From Phoronis australis (lineage: Eukaryota; Animalia; Phoronida), in contig NMRA01000012.1 in NCBI GenBank assembly GCA_002633005.1, positions 248,001 to 312,000 on the forward strand: 64,000 nt of DNA, given 5' to 3'. The number at the start of each line of letters is the position of its first letter. Positions within the stretch are counted from its first letter, which is position 1. Positions 14,601-26,600 of this stretch are shown piece by piece. Both the position numbers and the translations under genes were made by a program. The notes under the pieces are model-generated. The model worked only from the letters and a program-made list of their open reading frames with translations, made no database searches and was not told the origin of the DNA.

Positions 14601-17600
14601 CATGCAGGTACGGCGCTATAATTGTTCTTCACGACCGCCATTGAAAGGCTCTAGAGCGCAAAGCAAGTTCAAGAAAACAACAACGGTTTTAAAACTTGAC
14701 ATGTTTCGGTGTCATTTATTAAACACCATCCTCAGAAGTCATAATACAGTGGCCACCTGTTACTCCCTGTAACCGACTGTATCTGTGCTTCATTACTTGT
14801 TGCTGGGCCTAGCTAAGTGGCCACTGTATTATGACTTCTGAGGATGGTGTTTAATAAATGACACCGAAACATGTCAAGTTGTTTTCTTGAAAATATGCTG
14901 TTACTTGCTATCATGGAGAGCAAAGCAAGTTGCCGACGTGAAAGTTGAATCAGTGCTCTCTAACTGAAACGTGCATTTGAGTAGCTAAGTTTGCGATGTG
15001 AAAACGGAGAAAATACCCGTTGAATAAGTTTCCGCGATTTTCCTAGGTCTGACCTGCTACTGGCTGTCATCAAAGTCGTTAAAGATCCAAACTAACTTGG
15101 AGTGCAAATTCCCTCCACTTTTTGTTCGCAGCCCTAATTTTGCAACTTAACTCGACGTTTGAAAAACATCTGTCGAAAATGATCCCTGAAACTATGCCCT
15201 AAACAAATGACGTATATGGGTGTGCGGGAACAATTCAGTGCAAATTTCATAACAAAAGTGTGGTACTTATGCTGTTTACACACTCAACAATTAGTTTTCC
15301 ATGAAATGAATAGCCTCGAAATAATTCCCGAATCCGTGCAGGTTTCCATGGGGTAATTCGATTTTGCTCCTCAATTCCTTCCAAATACAGGAAAAATAGG
15401 TCAGTCACAAAACGACACGGATGTCACTAGTGTTAACTTTCTTTCGGAGGTATAAAACAAAGCCGGGAATTGGTTTTTACATATTGAGAAAAGATCTTTT
15501 TTGAAAACTGAATTTATTGTGTAAAATGAGTGACACACTATTTAGGCTGCGTGTCAATTTCAAACCAAGTGCGGACGTTTGTAGTGCGCTATGATGGGCG
15601 CTAGCCTGAACTGTGGGCGCTTAAATGGAATTTTCAAAAGTTGAGGGGGAACGCATAGTAGATCAGTGAGCGCTTATTATGAAACACTTCAAAGGTAGGG
15701 AGTAGGCTTGTGCGAGTGTTTGCGGTAATAAGATATTAAAAGGCTGCAATGGTAAGAAACGTTATAATAATACAATTTTACGAGGAAAACCCCATCTAGT
15801 AAGGGTGACTTCTGGCTATCGTTATCACCTACACTGTACCCTTTTTAGCCACTCGGAATAATTTTGTTTTTAATTGCCCGCCTCAGCCGTAACAAGTTAT
15901 TTCTATTGGAGTTTGAACATTTTACGGCGACGGTGGTCCAGGGAACGAAAACTTGCCGGGAGGGGAGGGGGGTGTATGAAGAGAAGAATAAAAAGTTCGC
16001 TAAACACAATTTCGCATCTAGTACCCGTTTATAGTTGCAACAGCTGGTTACAGGCATAGAATATAGGGTTTAGAGAATATCGACCTTGGGAAACATTGGA
16101 ACAAGAAAATATCAGTTCTGGGTTATATTGGTCACGGGGAATATCATAAAGCATTGGATCTTTTATAACCACCGGGAATCTATGAGTTCATTTTCAAATA
16201 AACCACTGGCACTCGGGTGCTTAACAGAGCCAAGCCGGTATACTCATTCATTTAGGACCATCTCTGTTCTCTTTTGATGCGCAGCTTTGAAGTGGTGCGC
16301 ACGCGTGAGTCCACACACTTGAATCGCTGGAGTAGGGCCTACACTTTATGTTGGCAACAATGTGTGAAAGACAAATCATTAATATATCTCGCGCACGTAG
16401 CCCCAGAAACAAGTAAACGGATTTGAGAATTTCTTGGCAACTGAAAGCAAACACCTGGCCGTCGTTTGGCAATTAATAGGGTTGTCATTTTTACTTTGGC
16501 TGTCCTATGCAATAAAAACGAGAAGTACATCTCTAAGTCACGATTGTCTGCCAGGACCCCTTGCGCGCTAACAACGGGACCGACCAGTGCCGCAGTGCGA
16601 TATCAGGGATATTGTGGTGGATATTTGGTACATGTAATAAGAACATCTTACGCGAAACAATAAACACGTTTGTCCACCACAAAGTTTTGTAAGTTGATCG
16701 CTTAAGATTTCGTAGAACTACCGTTGTTTCGTGACGTTTTATCACGTGTTATGCAGTGGCCCGAAACTTTCTTCAGCGAATCCCGAAATTTGCAAAAGTG
16801 GCCGAAAATGTCAGTCAATGGAACGTGTCAAAGATCAATTCAGCATATCCCATGTTCATGCGACTTGCTTACAAGTCATTGAGAGAGCTGTTCTCCGTTA
16901 GTTTTTGTTTGAATGGTCGGATTATGAAGAGTTGCTTTATATTTGCAAGGTATCTGCAGGGAAGTGTAATAACTCAGCTCACATACGTTGGAAATTCCAT
17001 GTCGCATTTTGCGACTTGATACAAGCTGACAAAAATCTCAGCTAGCATTTCCAAATTTCAGGTCGCAAATGCGATCTGCAGCTCGTTATGTCGAGCCCTG
17101 AAGTGCAAAATATATGCAATCACTCGTATCTTCCAATAGACGTTTTCGCCTGTGTCAAGCACTGCCATGTATGTTAAATGATTTTGCATTTTTATTAGCT
17201 CCCAAACTAATTATTCCCTCATAATTAAGACGAGGCATAATCCTGTTGTAAGCAAATAACAAACCGATGCAAATATAATAAAAATGTAGAAAAATATTTC
17301 GTTATCAGCAGATGGTAGACAGGAAATTTGTAACAACACATAATTATTATGTCAGATTACAGAAATGGATATGTACAAATCAACCATATGTACATGTGTA
17401 TATGGCCGCTTACAATTGCATTTAGAGTCATTTGATTTTATCCGACAGTTATCTAGGCATGAGACGATGACATTTTACCAGACCCCGGGAGACGTCGAGA
17501 ATTTGATGACTTTGAACGAACTCTCAGACTGTCAGGAAATGTTTTAATGTCATCTAACAGAGTTAAGTCTCTGCCAGACATGTATGTGATAAACACTGAT

Positions 17601-20600
17601 TAGTGTTCGGTCAGGCAAAATATGCAACAGAAAGGAAAAACTTCAAACAATTAGTAATTGGCATTTGAATGTGTAATTCTGTGTTAGTATTACATAATAA
17701 GAGTAACTATTCTTAATCAATTAAGTATTTACAACAATTAGATGGTAAATTCATACAGTAAAATCTAATGAATTTTGGATAATAATAATTGCCAAAATTA
17801 ATTCACAGGATTTTAACAATGTTATGAATGTCCAGAATTTTTCAAAACATTGTCGGATTGTGGCTTCGTTATAGAACTTCTACATGATGAAGTCCGCCAT
17901 ATTGTGTCCTCAATTGGTGACATTTGACCGTACTGGCTGACAAAGCATATGCAAGGCAACATGAGTACTTATAAGAGCACAATGGATGAAAAGGTAAATA
18001 CGAAAAATTCTCATCTGCTTTTAGCAAATGTTCCAGTGGGGTACAATAACAAACCATCTATAAAACAATAGCAAATGTTCCAGTGAGGTACAATAACAAA
18101 CCATCAATAAAACAATAGCAAATGTGGTGTCAGCTGGTTTTGAACCCCTCGAATCCAACACACAAATATTAAAAAACACCGTGTGTATAAAAAGATATGT
18201 TTCAAGATGACAGGGACAACACCTGATATTGTAACAGTTCATAAACATGATATACCGAGTTGACCTCGATCATTAACTAATCGCTAGTCAATCCAAAAAC
18301 ATGTGGGTACCTGCGAACCAAATCAATTACTGACCCTGATTCTTCACAGCACACAGCATGCTGAACAAACAGAAATGAAATTTAATTCTGACAAATTTTC
18401 GACTAAAATAAAGGTTATCGTAATTCTTCACGTTGCATAAAAATAATTGCCAAATTTCAAATTTTTTATTTTGACAAAGATCGATTACTTTACTGCATAT
18501 AATAGAAACTTTATAAAATGTTGTTTTATGAAATTTACACAGTACAAACCAAGCTAATAACAGCCTAGAATTTTTTGAGTTTTACAAAATAAAATTGTTC
18601 TCATCTGAACCATTATGAGATAACTAGGAGACAAATTAAAGTCAGAAATTTTCAGCTTAGCTAGGTTTGTTGTGCGCATAGGTCATATAAACATAAAGGT
18701 TTATCAATAATTTCCTTCAGGGTAGACAATCTCTGAAGAACACACACAAGAAAATTTTGGCATTTACTTTTGTGCGAATTACACTAAAATCCTTAGTTCT
18801 CACCTTAAGCCAATTGTGTGATCTCTTTGCAATCTCATAGGTGGCGTCCCTGTCCAATGTCTTCACCATAAGACCTTCACAATTACCTGACATAAAAACA
18901 AATCACAGTTCACTGACCCAGAAAACAAAAGTTGGTTCTGGTCTGTTTTTTCTTAATTGACTATGTAGCGCAGCTGTATTTTTACATTTAGTTGCTCATT
19001 CTTTCAAAACAGAAATGATGCAGGATTTTTTTTTATTTGTCGATCCGCATATCATGTTACTTCAAACCTTGCTGGCGTGCCATTGAGCAGCTTTTCAAAA
19101 ATATGAGACCTTGGCTGAAATTGATAATGGCAATTCTCTTTTTTCGTCGGTAAGCACAGGTCTTAAAATGAGTCAGCTATGTTTTTTGACCTCATGATAT
19201 ACATGTGTATTCGAGCAAGCAGCACCACTTGAAGCAACATGAGAGAGAGAGAGAGGATCCTAACCTCAGGTGCATGTGAAAAGTCAACAATCTCTGAATA
19301 AACAAGGATCAAATACACACACACTTCAGAACTCATTGGACTTTTGCTGTATAGTTCTACTTATATGGTTCCTAATTAATCAATGTTCTCCACGACCTGT
19401 TTTGACTTGACGCAGTAACGAGTTTGGATTTTGCTGCGTTGAGTTTGGGGAAAGCGTGTCAAGTTTAAAAATTGTCACGCTAGGTTTAAAACCTTGGCAG
19501 GCTTTTCAGCCCTCAGCATCTAATCAGGGCCTGATTTTACCAACAGTAAACATAGCTCACTTTACTAAGAGGCAGTTAACAGTAACATATTCGCCGAAAT
19601 ATGGCGCCCACGGCGCTTCGTAAAATTCGTTTCGGGGAGAGGCGCTTATTGTAACCCAAGGCGGTTAAAACCCGGCGTGCTTTCAGTAATGCTAGGACCT
19701 ACGCTAGGACCTAGCTAAAATCTAGACAAAGTCACATGTTCTCATTTATATTACACGGCAATATCTCACGTAATCTCGCAAAGTCTTGCTTTTTAGCGAG
19801 GCCTAGCATTACTGAATGGGAGGCTGGTCTCCGAAACGGGTGAAATCGGAAGCTAGGATTCATTAAAATGCACGCTGTGTGATGTATCTGTAGCCTATGA
19901 CAGACTTTCTACAAAACTGCGGCGCATTGCTATCAAACTTTGTTGTTAAATTACGATCATTTTATAGAAAATTGTGCTGAAATACCAGGTCGAAAACTCG
20001 CCGATGCGCCACTCCCTCGCGATCGTTGACGGGGCAGCTTGAATAAAAATATAGTTTCGACTCAACAAATTACCTGAAATCCTCACTTAAGTTTTCCAAA
20101 TAGCGTCCCTAAGATTTTAAGTTCCTGTGGAGTCGGTATTAAGAACAAATTTGCGCAAGATCGTACCCAGCAACATAAGAAAAATCTCTGGACGAACACA
20201 CGTCGTAGTCACGTGACCTTTTTTTGAAGATCGTCTGCGTGTGTGAGTGAGCTAGCGCGTGCGTGTCATCAGCTTTCAGTTGCCAGAGTAAACGCAATGT
20301 AACAATTTAGGTGTACATTGTAACTAAAGAAAAAAACACAAGCAGTATCACGAGAACACGTTTTATTTAGCACATGCTGATCACATCTACTATTAAAACG
20401 TGCGAAGGCCAAATGTCATAGAGAGGCCGAGTGACTGGATGTGTGACAGTCTGAGTTATTTTTCAGGAGATTCTGGGGCAGAGGTGCCCACTAGCAATGG
20501 GGCATTTTATCAGGTATTTTACTTTAAAAACACGAATTATGAACACATTAAAAAGTGATTAATAAAGCAATCTCTCTTAAAAATAACGCAACAGTTTTAC

Positions 20601-23600
20601 AGCATTAGAAACTTTCTGAAATTAGTGCCAATATTTATTTCTTGCCGTAATGTCACCAAACAGAGCCACTAAAACATTTGGTATCTCTCCTAATTGTTAT
20701 ACTTTAGGCAAACATTAAAATGAAAATGATTGTCACATGGTATTTACTTGTGCATCGTATTGACATTGTGAAATGATTTAAGCCACACGATTTTAATACC
20801 CATGAGCAAAACTAGTCTAATATCGTCAAAGAACGAATCGATCATTCAAAAGCTAAGCTTGGAGGACAAAGTTGCATGACCATGTTATTGTAAACAGCAT
20901 TCTATGTATGTGATATGTGACCATGTTACTGTTATCTGACTGTATTATACGTGACATGAGTCGCAGTTCTAGACTACTTTTTTCAACTTAATACATACTA
21001 TTTATGGATACAAGAATGACTAATGTGTAGTTACTGAAGCTTCCAAAACGATGGATTTCAAAGAGTTAACTGCAGGATAAGAAATTAAATGCTCAGTTAT
21101 TAAATGATAGTATACAAAGTTTAGACTTACATTGACTGCTCTAGAAAGTTGCATAGTCTACACAACAAGCTCATTTCCTCAAGTATACACAGCACGACTT
21201 GACGCTTAGCACAACCTCACTTTCCTCAAGTATATTGGGCCCGGCTCGACCCTTAGCATAACATCAACTCGCCAAATGTGAACTGGCATCAAATGGGAAG
21301 CGAGCTCACCAAAACAAGGAAATTCCTGGTGGCCACAAAAGATGCACAGTTGGAAAGAGTTGAAAATGAAGATACGACACAACTGGATTGAAGAACCGGC
21401 AAATTGTTTTGCACATCAGTTAGAATACCCAAAATTGCTTGGAGTCTTTTACTACTTTTAGCACAACAGAAAATTAGGATGTGTGCGTGGTGACTTCATG
21501 GTGACTTGGGATGTTTACCAGCTTGCCAAACAAAACATGAGGTTGAACTGGCGAACTGCAGGTCATCAAATTGAGCCATGGTCAGTACTGAAAAGCCCTA
21601 AATTAATCATACCTTTGATAGACTCATCCAAAAACTCTGCAATCATCTCAGTGTTTGACGAAATCATGGACTTGGCGAATACAAACTCCCCTTCGACTTC
21701 ATTGAACGATGAATGGAGCAGCTCTCGCCTCTTGCGGAATGGCTCCCTGACCAACGACTGACCATTCAGGTATAACAAATCAAAGGCGTAGACACACACC
21801 TGTACCTTGATGTCAGCTATTGACGCATCCTAGGGAAAATTAAACATAACAACAGCTCTACTACTAACAGAATTACTATATGCACTCGGGTATAAGTTCA
21901 TAAATGGGGAGCTTTAAAAATGGGTGTGGGGGGTGACCCCAGGACGAGCTTAAGTGGAAACAGATCCAAGCAATAAAAAATCTACTCTACACAGTTTCAT
22001 GCTATGCAATTCTATACTATGAGGATATAGTTATCTTAAAAGATGATCAAACTTTGAAGCTGAATTTTTACATGTTCAAAAGTAAGAAAGTATAATTAAT
22101 AACTAATAATGCCAGCCCAGAAACTCCCAGGACCATTCCATCTGGTAGTCTGCAGTATAAGAATATAAAGAGCTTTTCTACCATCCCCTCACACAATGAA
22201 CACATAAGTATTCATACCACTGTTCATCCATTTTCGGTAATCATGCTACATGGAATTTAGAGGCGCAGCCATACAATTGTTACCACACCCTACATTTGCA
22301 TCCTATCAAAAGCTCGTTGGGGGAACCGGGGGAGTTTCACAGCCAAGATGCACTTTACTGCAGTATCACAGATGTCGTTCAACCTCAAACAGCCGTCAAG
22401 CAGCAAGTCCTTTCAATTGGCTTTTAATGTATGTTGAAAATATGTTTTGATCGAGAAAATGATAAAAACAAGAATCTTGTCTCAAGAGCAACCTTACCTT
22501 CCTCTTCCTGGTACTCAACACTTGAAAGGGTTGTATCTGTTTGTTCTCCACGTCCCAGGCAACAGCTTCCGTGTCAATCACGCACGACTTCACCGTATCT
22601 TTCACAACGTTCGGCATTCTGGCAATGATGTCTGGATATTTGGATGTGTTATCCTCAGAGTTGCGACTATAAATATGGATTTTTCCATTCTCGAGGATAT
22701 GAATCTGTTGAAAAAAATTGTTTGTACGTGTACATATTTTACCCACAAAATTATAAAATCAAGACTGACAAAACTTTCTAAGTGTCTACCACGAGCGCAG
22801 ACAGAGTAATAAGATAAAATCCTTGTTCAGTGCCTAGCAACAAAATTCTTCCAAGTTACATCCACCACAATTTTTGAAAACCTTTAAATCTTCTAACAGA
22901 AATTCCGCAAGTTGGTACAAAATTACGCGATGCACTGACAACAGTTCGTAGATTGATTCTGCGGCAAGTTTCTTTGATTCAAACATAACTTGTTCTAAAA
23001 TAAAGTTAATAACTGTTTACATTGGTCTAAAACTGATACAAAATGCAAGTTCAATGTTCCAACACCATGCTTTCATAGTAACACTGTATCACACATATTT
23101 CTTCATAAGACAGAAAGAAACTGACTTCCTGAACAAACTTACCTGAGCTCGTTCACCATCATACTTCCACTCACAGGTGAAGTCCGTGTTGTCAAACCTC
23201 GTTAGCACCTCAGAGACACCTTTAGTTGGGTGAGCCAGCATAGGCTTCAGTGGAATTCCTAAAGCACAAGATGCACAATGTGATATTCATAGGTTATATG
23301 AATGTAGACAGTAAAATATTTGCGCTATAGCAAAAAACCTAACCATAAGCCAACTAAACCTATGCAACGTCCGATTTTCTGGAACATGACCTGCTAAAAA
23401 CCCGCCAAAACACCAACTTTTGATTCGGGATACTTACACTTAAAAACTAATCTCAACTCCTATAAGAAGCACCTAATTCTGTAATTGGGAACAACTGATA
23501 CTTTGTTAAGGCCCGAGACCATGCTCGGCACAAACAACCAGACAGTCAAGTTAAACCGACTTGCTCAACTTGGTCTCAACCAACAACGATATGCTCACTC

Positions 23601-26600
23601 TTCGCAACCAGAGATCACTTTGAATCTGCATAAGTAACAAATTGAGGTCAGTTTCAAAATGCTTAGTGAACTAAATCATTTTAAGTTGCTGCAAACCATG
23701 TCCTGGGATTACCGTGTCCCGGGGTTACCATGTCCCGGGGTTACCGTGTCCCGGGGTTACCGTGTCCCGGGGTTACCGTGTCCCGGGGTTACCGTGTCCC
23801 GGGGTTACCGTGCAACGGCATCAAAAACATCCGGTTTCTCAATAGACATATTTGCTCTTTCAAAGCAATGTCAGTGTGTTCCTATCGTTTGTTTGAACTG
23901 ATGTTGGCTACAACAGAACGACTGGAATTCACGATATCCATCTAGTCTTAGCACCTGAAGCTAACACAACGTGACAAGTAACTTGAAGGACCAGGCTATG
24001 AAGAATTAATAGCCTATAAGTTCTCCTCCACCCCAGAAATTGTTCCTAGTCTTAGTAAAGAATCAAGCAAGAGTGCAAGTGAAACAACAAGTCACTTAAT
24101 TAGNTCAAAAACATCCGGTTTCTCAATAGACATATTTGCTCTTTCAAAGCAATGTCAGTGTGTTCCTATCGTTTGTTTGAATTGATGTTGGCTACAACAG
24201 AACGACTGGAATTCACGATATCCATCTAGTCTTAGCACCTGAAGCTAACACAACGTGACAAGTAACTTGAAGGACCAGGCTATGAAGAATTAATAGCCTA
24301 TAAGTTCTCCTCCACCCCAGAAATTGTTCCTAGTCTTAGTAAAGAATCAAGCAAGAGTGCAAGTGAAACAACAAGTCACTTAATTAGAAAGTAGAATTTT
24401 GACAGAAGTCATGGGTGTCTCAACCCTTTAGTTATTTTTAACATAGGGTGTGTTTGGAACAGCCTTTGAGTAACTATTTACCTGGTGTTAACTTGCAGTG
24501 CTTGGGCAACTCTTCTAAACCTTCCGTTAGGAGTACTGGTATGATCATGTCATAGTTTGGACATTCACTGAAAGAAAACGACAGAGTTCACAAACAATGC
24601 ATACAGACTATAAGCAGCAAAAGCACTGCAAATGTTAGCGAGGGAAAGCGATAGACTATCATAGGTTTTTGGAGCATGCGATAATGATATGTACAACGCT
24701 TCTTCTGCCACACAACAGATCACCGTTATTAGAATGGCAAATCCTCCGAGTCTGATCATCTATAGCCAGAAGTACACAATTCTCAGTTGCAGAGCCAACT
24801 AAAGGCTGATGAGTTAGATGTAGCAACTCTTCACCAATGTCTCTGTAGGTAAAAAAATGTTCCACCATCTTCATTAAACCCACCCTTACCAGTATGTCGT
24901 CTTGATGGTCAGAGCTCCCTTATTAATGGCGGCCTTAAAAGATTCGGAAGACATTTCTTTGGAGGCATTCAATGTTTTTGGAGGATACTCTGAAATTTTT
25001 AAAGTATAACTTGCAATCCATGAAGGGCCATGTAACATACCGATACTTAAAAAAATAAACAATAAATTACAGAACCTTTGCTTTCAGGCAGTGAGTGGCG
25101 AAAAGGGCAAAACTGGGGCAATTTAATCACAATGTATTAACTGGGGTATTGTGTTCTCGCTGTTAAAGAAATTATCTGATGTTATAAGGCATGGCTTGAG
25201 GCTGTTAATTGAATTACTTAAATCCACGATCACTATCCTGATGATGGTTCATACAGACAGGATAAAACGTTTATGTAATGCAACACTTCTGCCACGTGGG
25301 GACGCACATTATGTCAGACATAAATGCTAGTATTTTAATATTATCATGGCTTTATTCATTTTCCACCAAGAATCATTCATTGCCTCTGTAATCAAAACAG
25401 AAACAGATTCTCTAAATCTAAGTACAAAACACTGTATTCACCGGAACAACAATTATCAACAGCAAAGATTCATCTGTAATATTTAACACATATATCAAGA
25501 GGTCCATTTTAGTGAAATATCAATAGATTGTCAAGTAAATTGATACCGTGAACAGGAGGGGTGTACACAACCGCGTGCCCCAAGGCTGTAAGTACCGACT
25601 GCTCTGCCAGACCAATGCGCAGCTTTCCCCCTAGTGAGCGGATAAGATATCGTGCCTCTGAGTGACGACATGCTACAAACAAGCCCTTGATGATGTTCAC
25701 CTTTTTGGCCATCACCTGCAATGCATGACAACATTATGAGCTCATGGTAAATCTACGTTTGTGTTCAGGTCATGAACTAGAGGAACTACAAGAGGACAGG
25801 TATTCACAATTGCTGAGACCAATATACTTCAGAAAGTCCAACACAGCTGTTTAATTTTTTATCTAATAACTACTGAGCAAATAACCATTTGTGTTCAACA
25901 CAATCCATTACCAACAATTGATGGTTGATAATTTATAATGTTTAAAGAAAGTACATGCCAAAAATAGATGTTACAGATCTACTCAAATAAAGTGTTCTGA
26001 CCACGTGGAAATAGAGGCTCTGAGCGCCACCTAGCCATAATAGCAGAGAAATCTTCTTCACAGCAGGTGGCACAGGGGAATATGTTTCACTTCGTGAAAA
26101 GACCCTTTTACAGTGTATACGATTTGACGCAACAAGCAAATGTGAAATTGTCTCCTTGCCCTTTTGATGTAACAGGCATCCAGTCTCACGTGATCAGTCG
26201 GGCACATTGCTACTTGAAAGTCTATTTTGACAAAAAAATAACGGCATGAAAAAGAAAGCTATGGTAATACACAGAAAACAGCAATTTCTGCATCCCAAAA
26301 TCATTGCTCTTCATTTGCGAAGGTAGAGAAACACCTTGCATCATTGACCTATTTTTCAGAATGTAGGGCCAATAACACACTTATGACCTGAGTTGAAAAA
26401 GAAAAGAACATTTAATCGCGCCTCAATCAGTTTTTCAAATGTTTAGTGTCTTAATGCAAAGCAGTCTTTGTTTGCATTAGAATTACAAATGACAAACTAA
26501 TTTTCACGTAAAATAGGAAGTTGCATCATAACGCTTAATCGTCGTGAGAGACCGTCCGGAGTTGGTATATGGTGCAACTCGGGACGGTCTGGGGTCTACA

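Larger units (their letters stand above)
14372..17100. mobile_element. 2.7 kb non-autonomous TIR element (hAT-like termini)
   Basis: CAGGGCTAGAC...GTCGAGCCCTG termini; subterminal GTCGCA/TGCGAC motifs at both ends; flanks aaatg / aagtg; CpG-richer than the surrounding intron. Confidence 0.75.

Noticed and set aside
23821-24387. 283-bp tandem duplication as a biological event
   Set aside because: The copies abut at a single N and differ by about one base, which is typical of an unmerged allelic overlap.
25235-25275. CTGATGA...TAAAACGTT as a further hammerhead
   Set aside because: The GAAA box and stem II are not intact, so it is too decayed to call.
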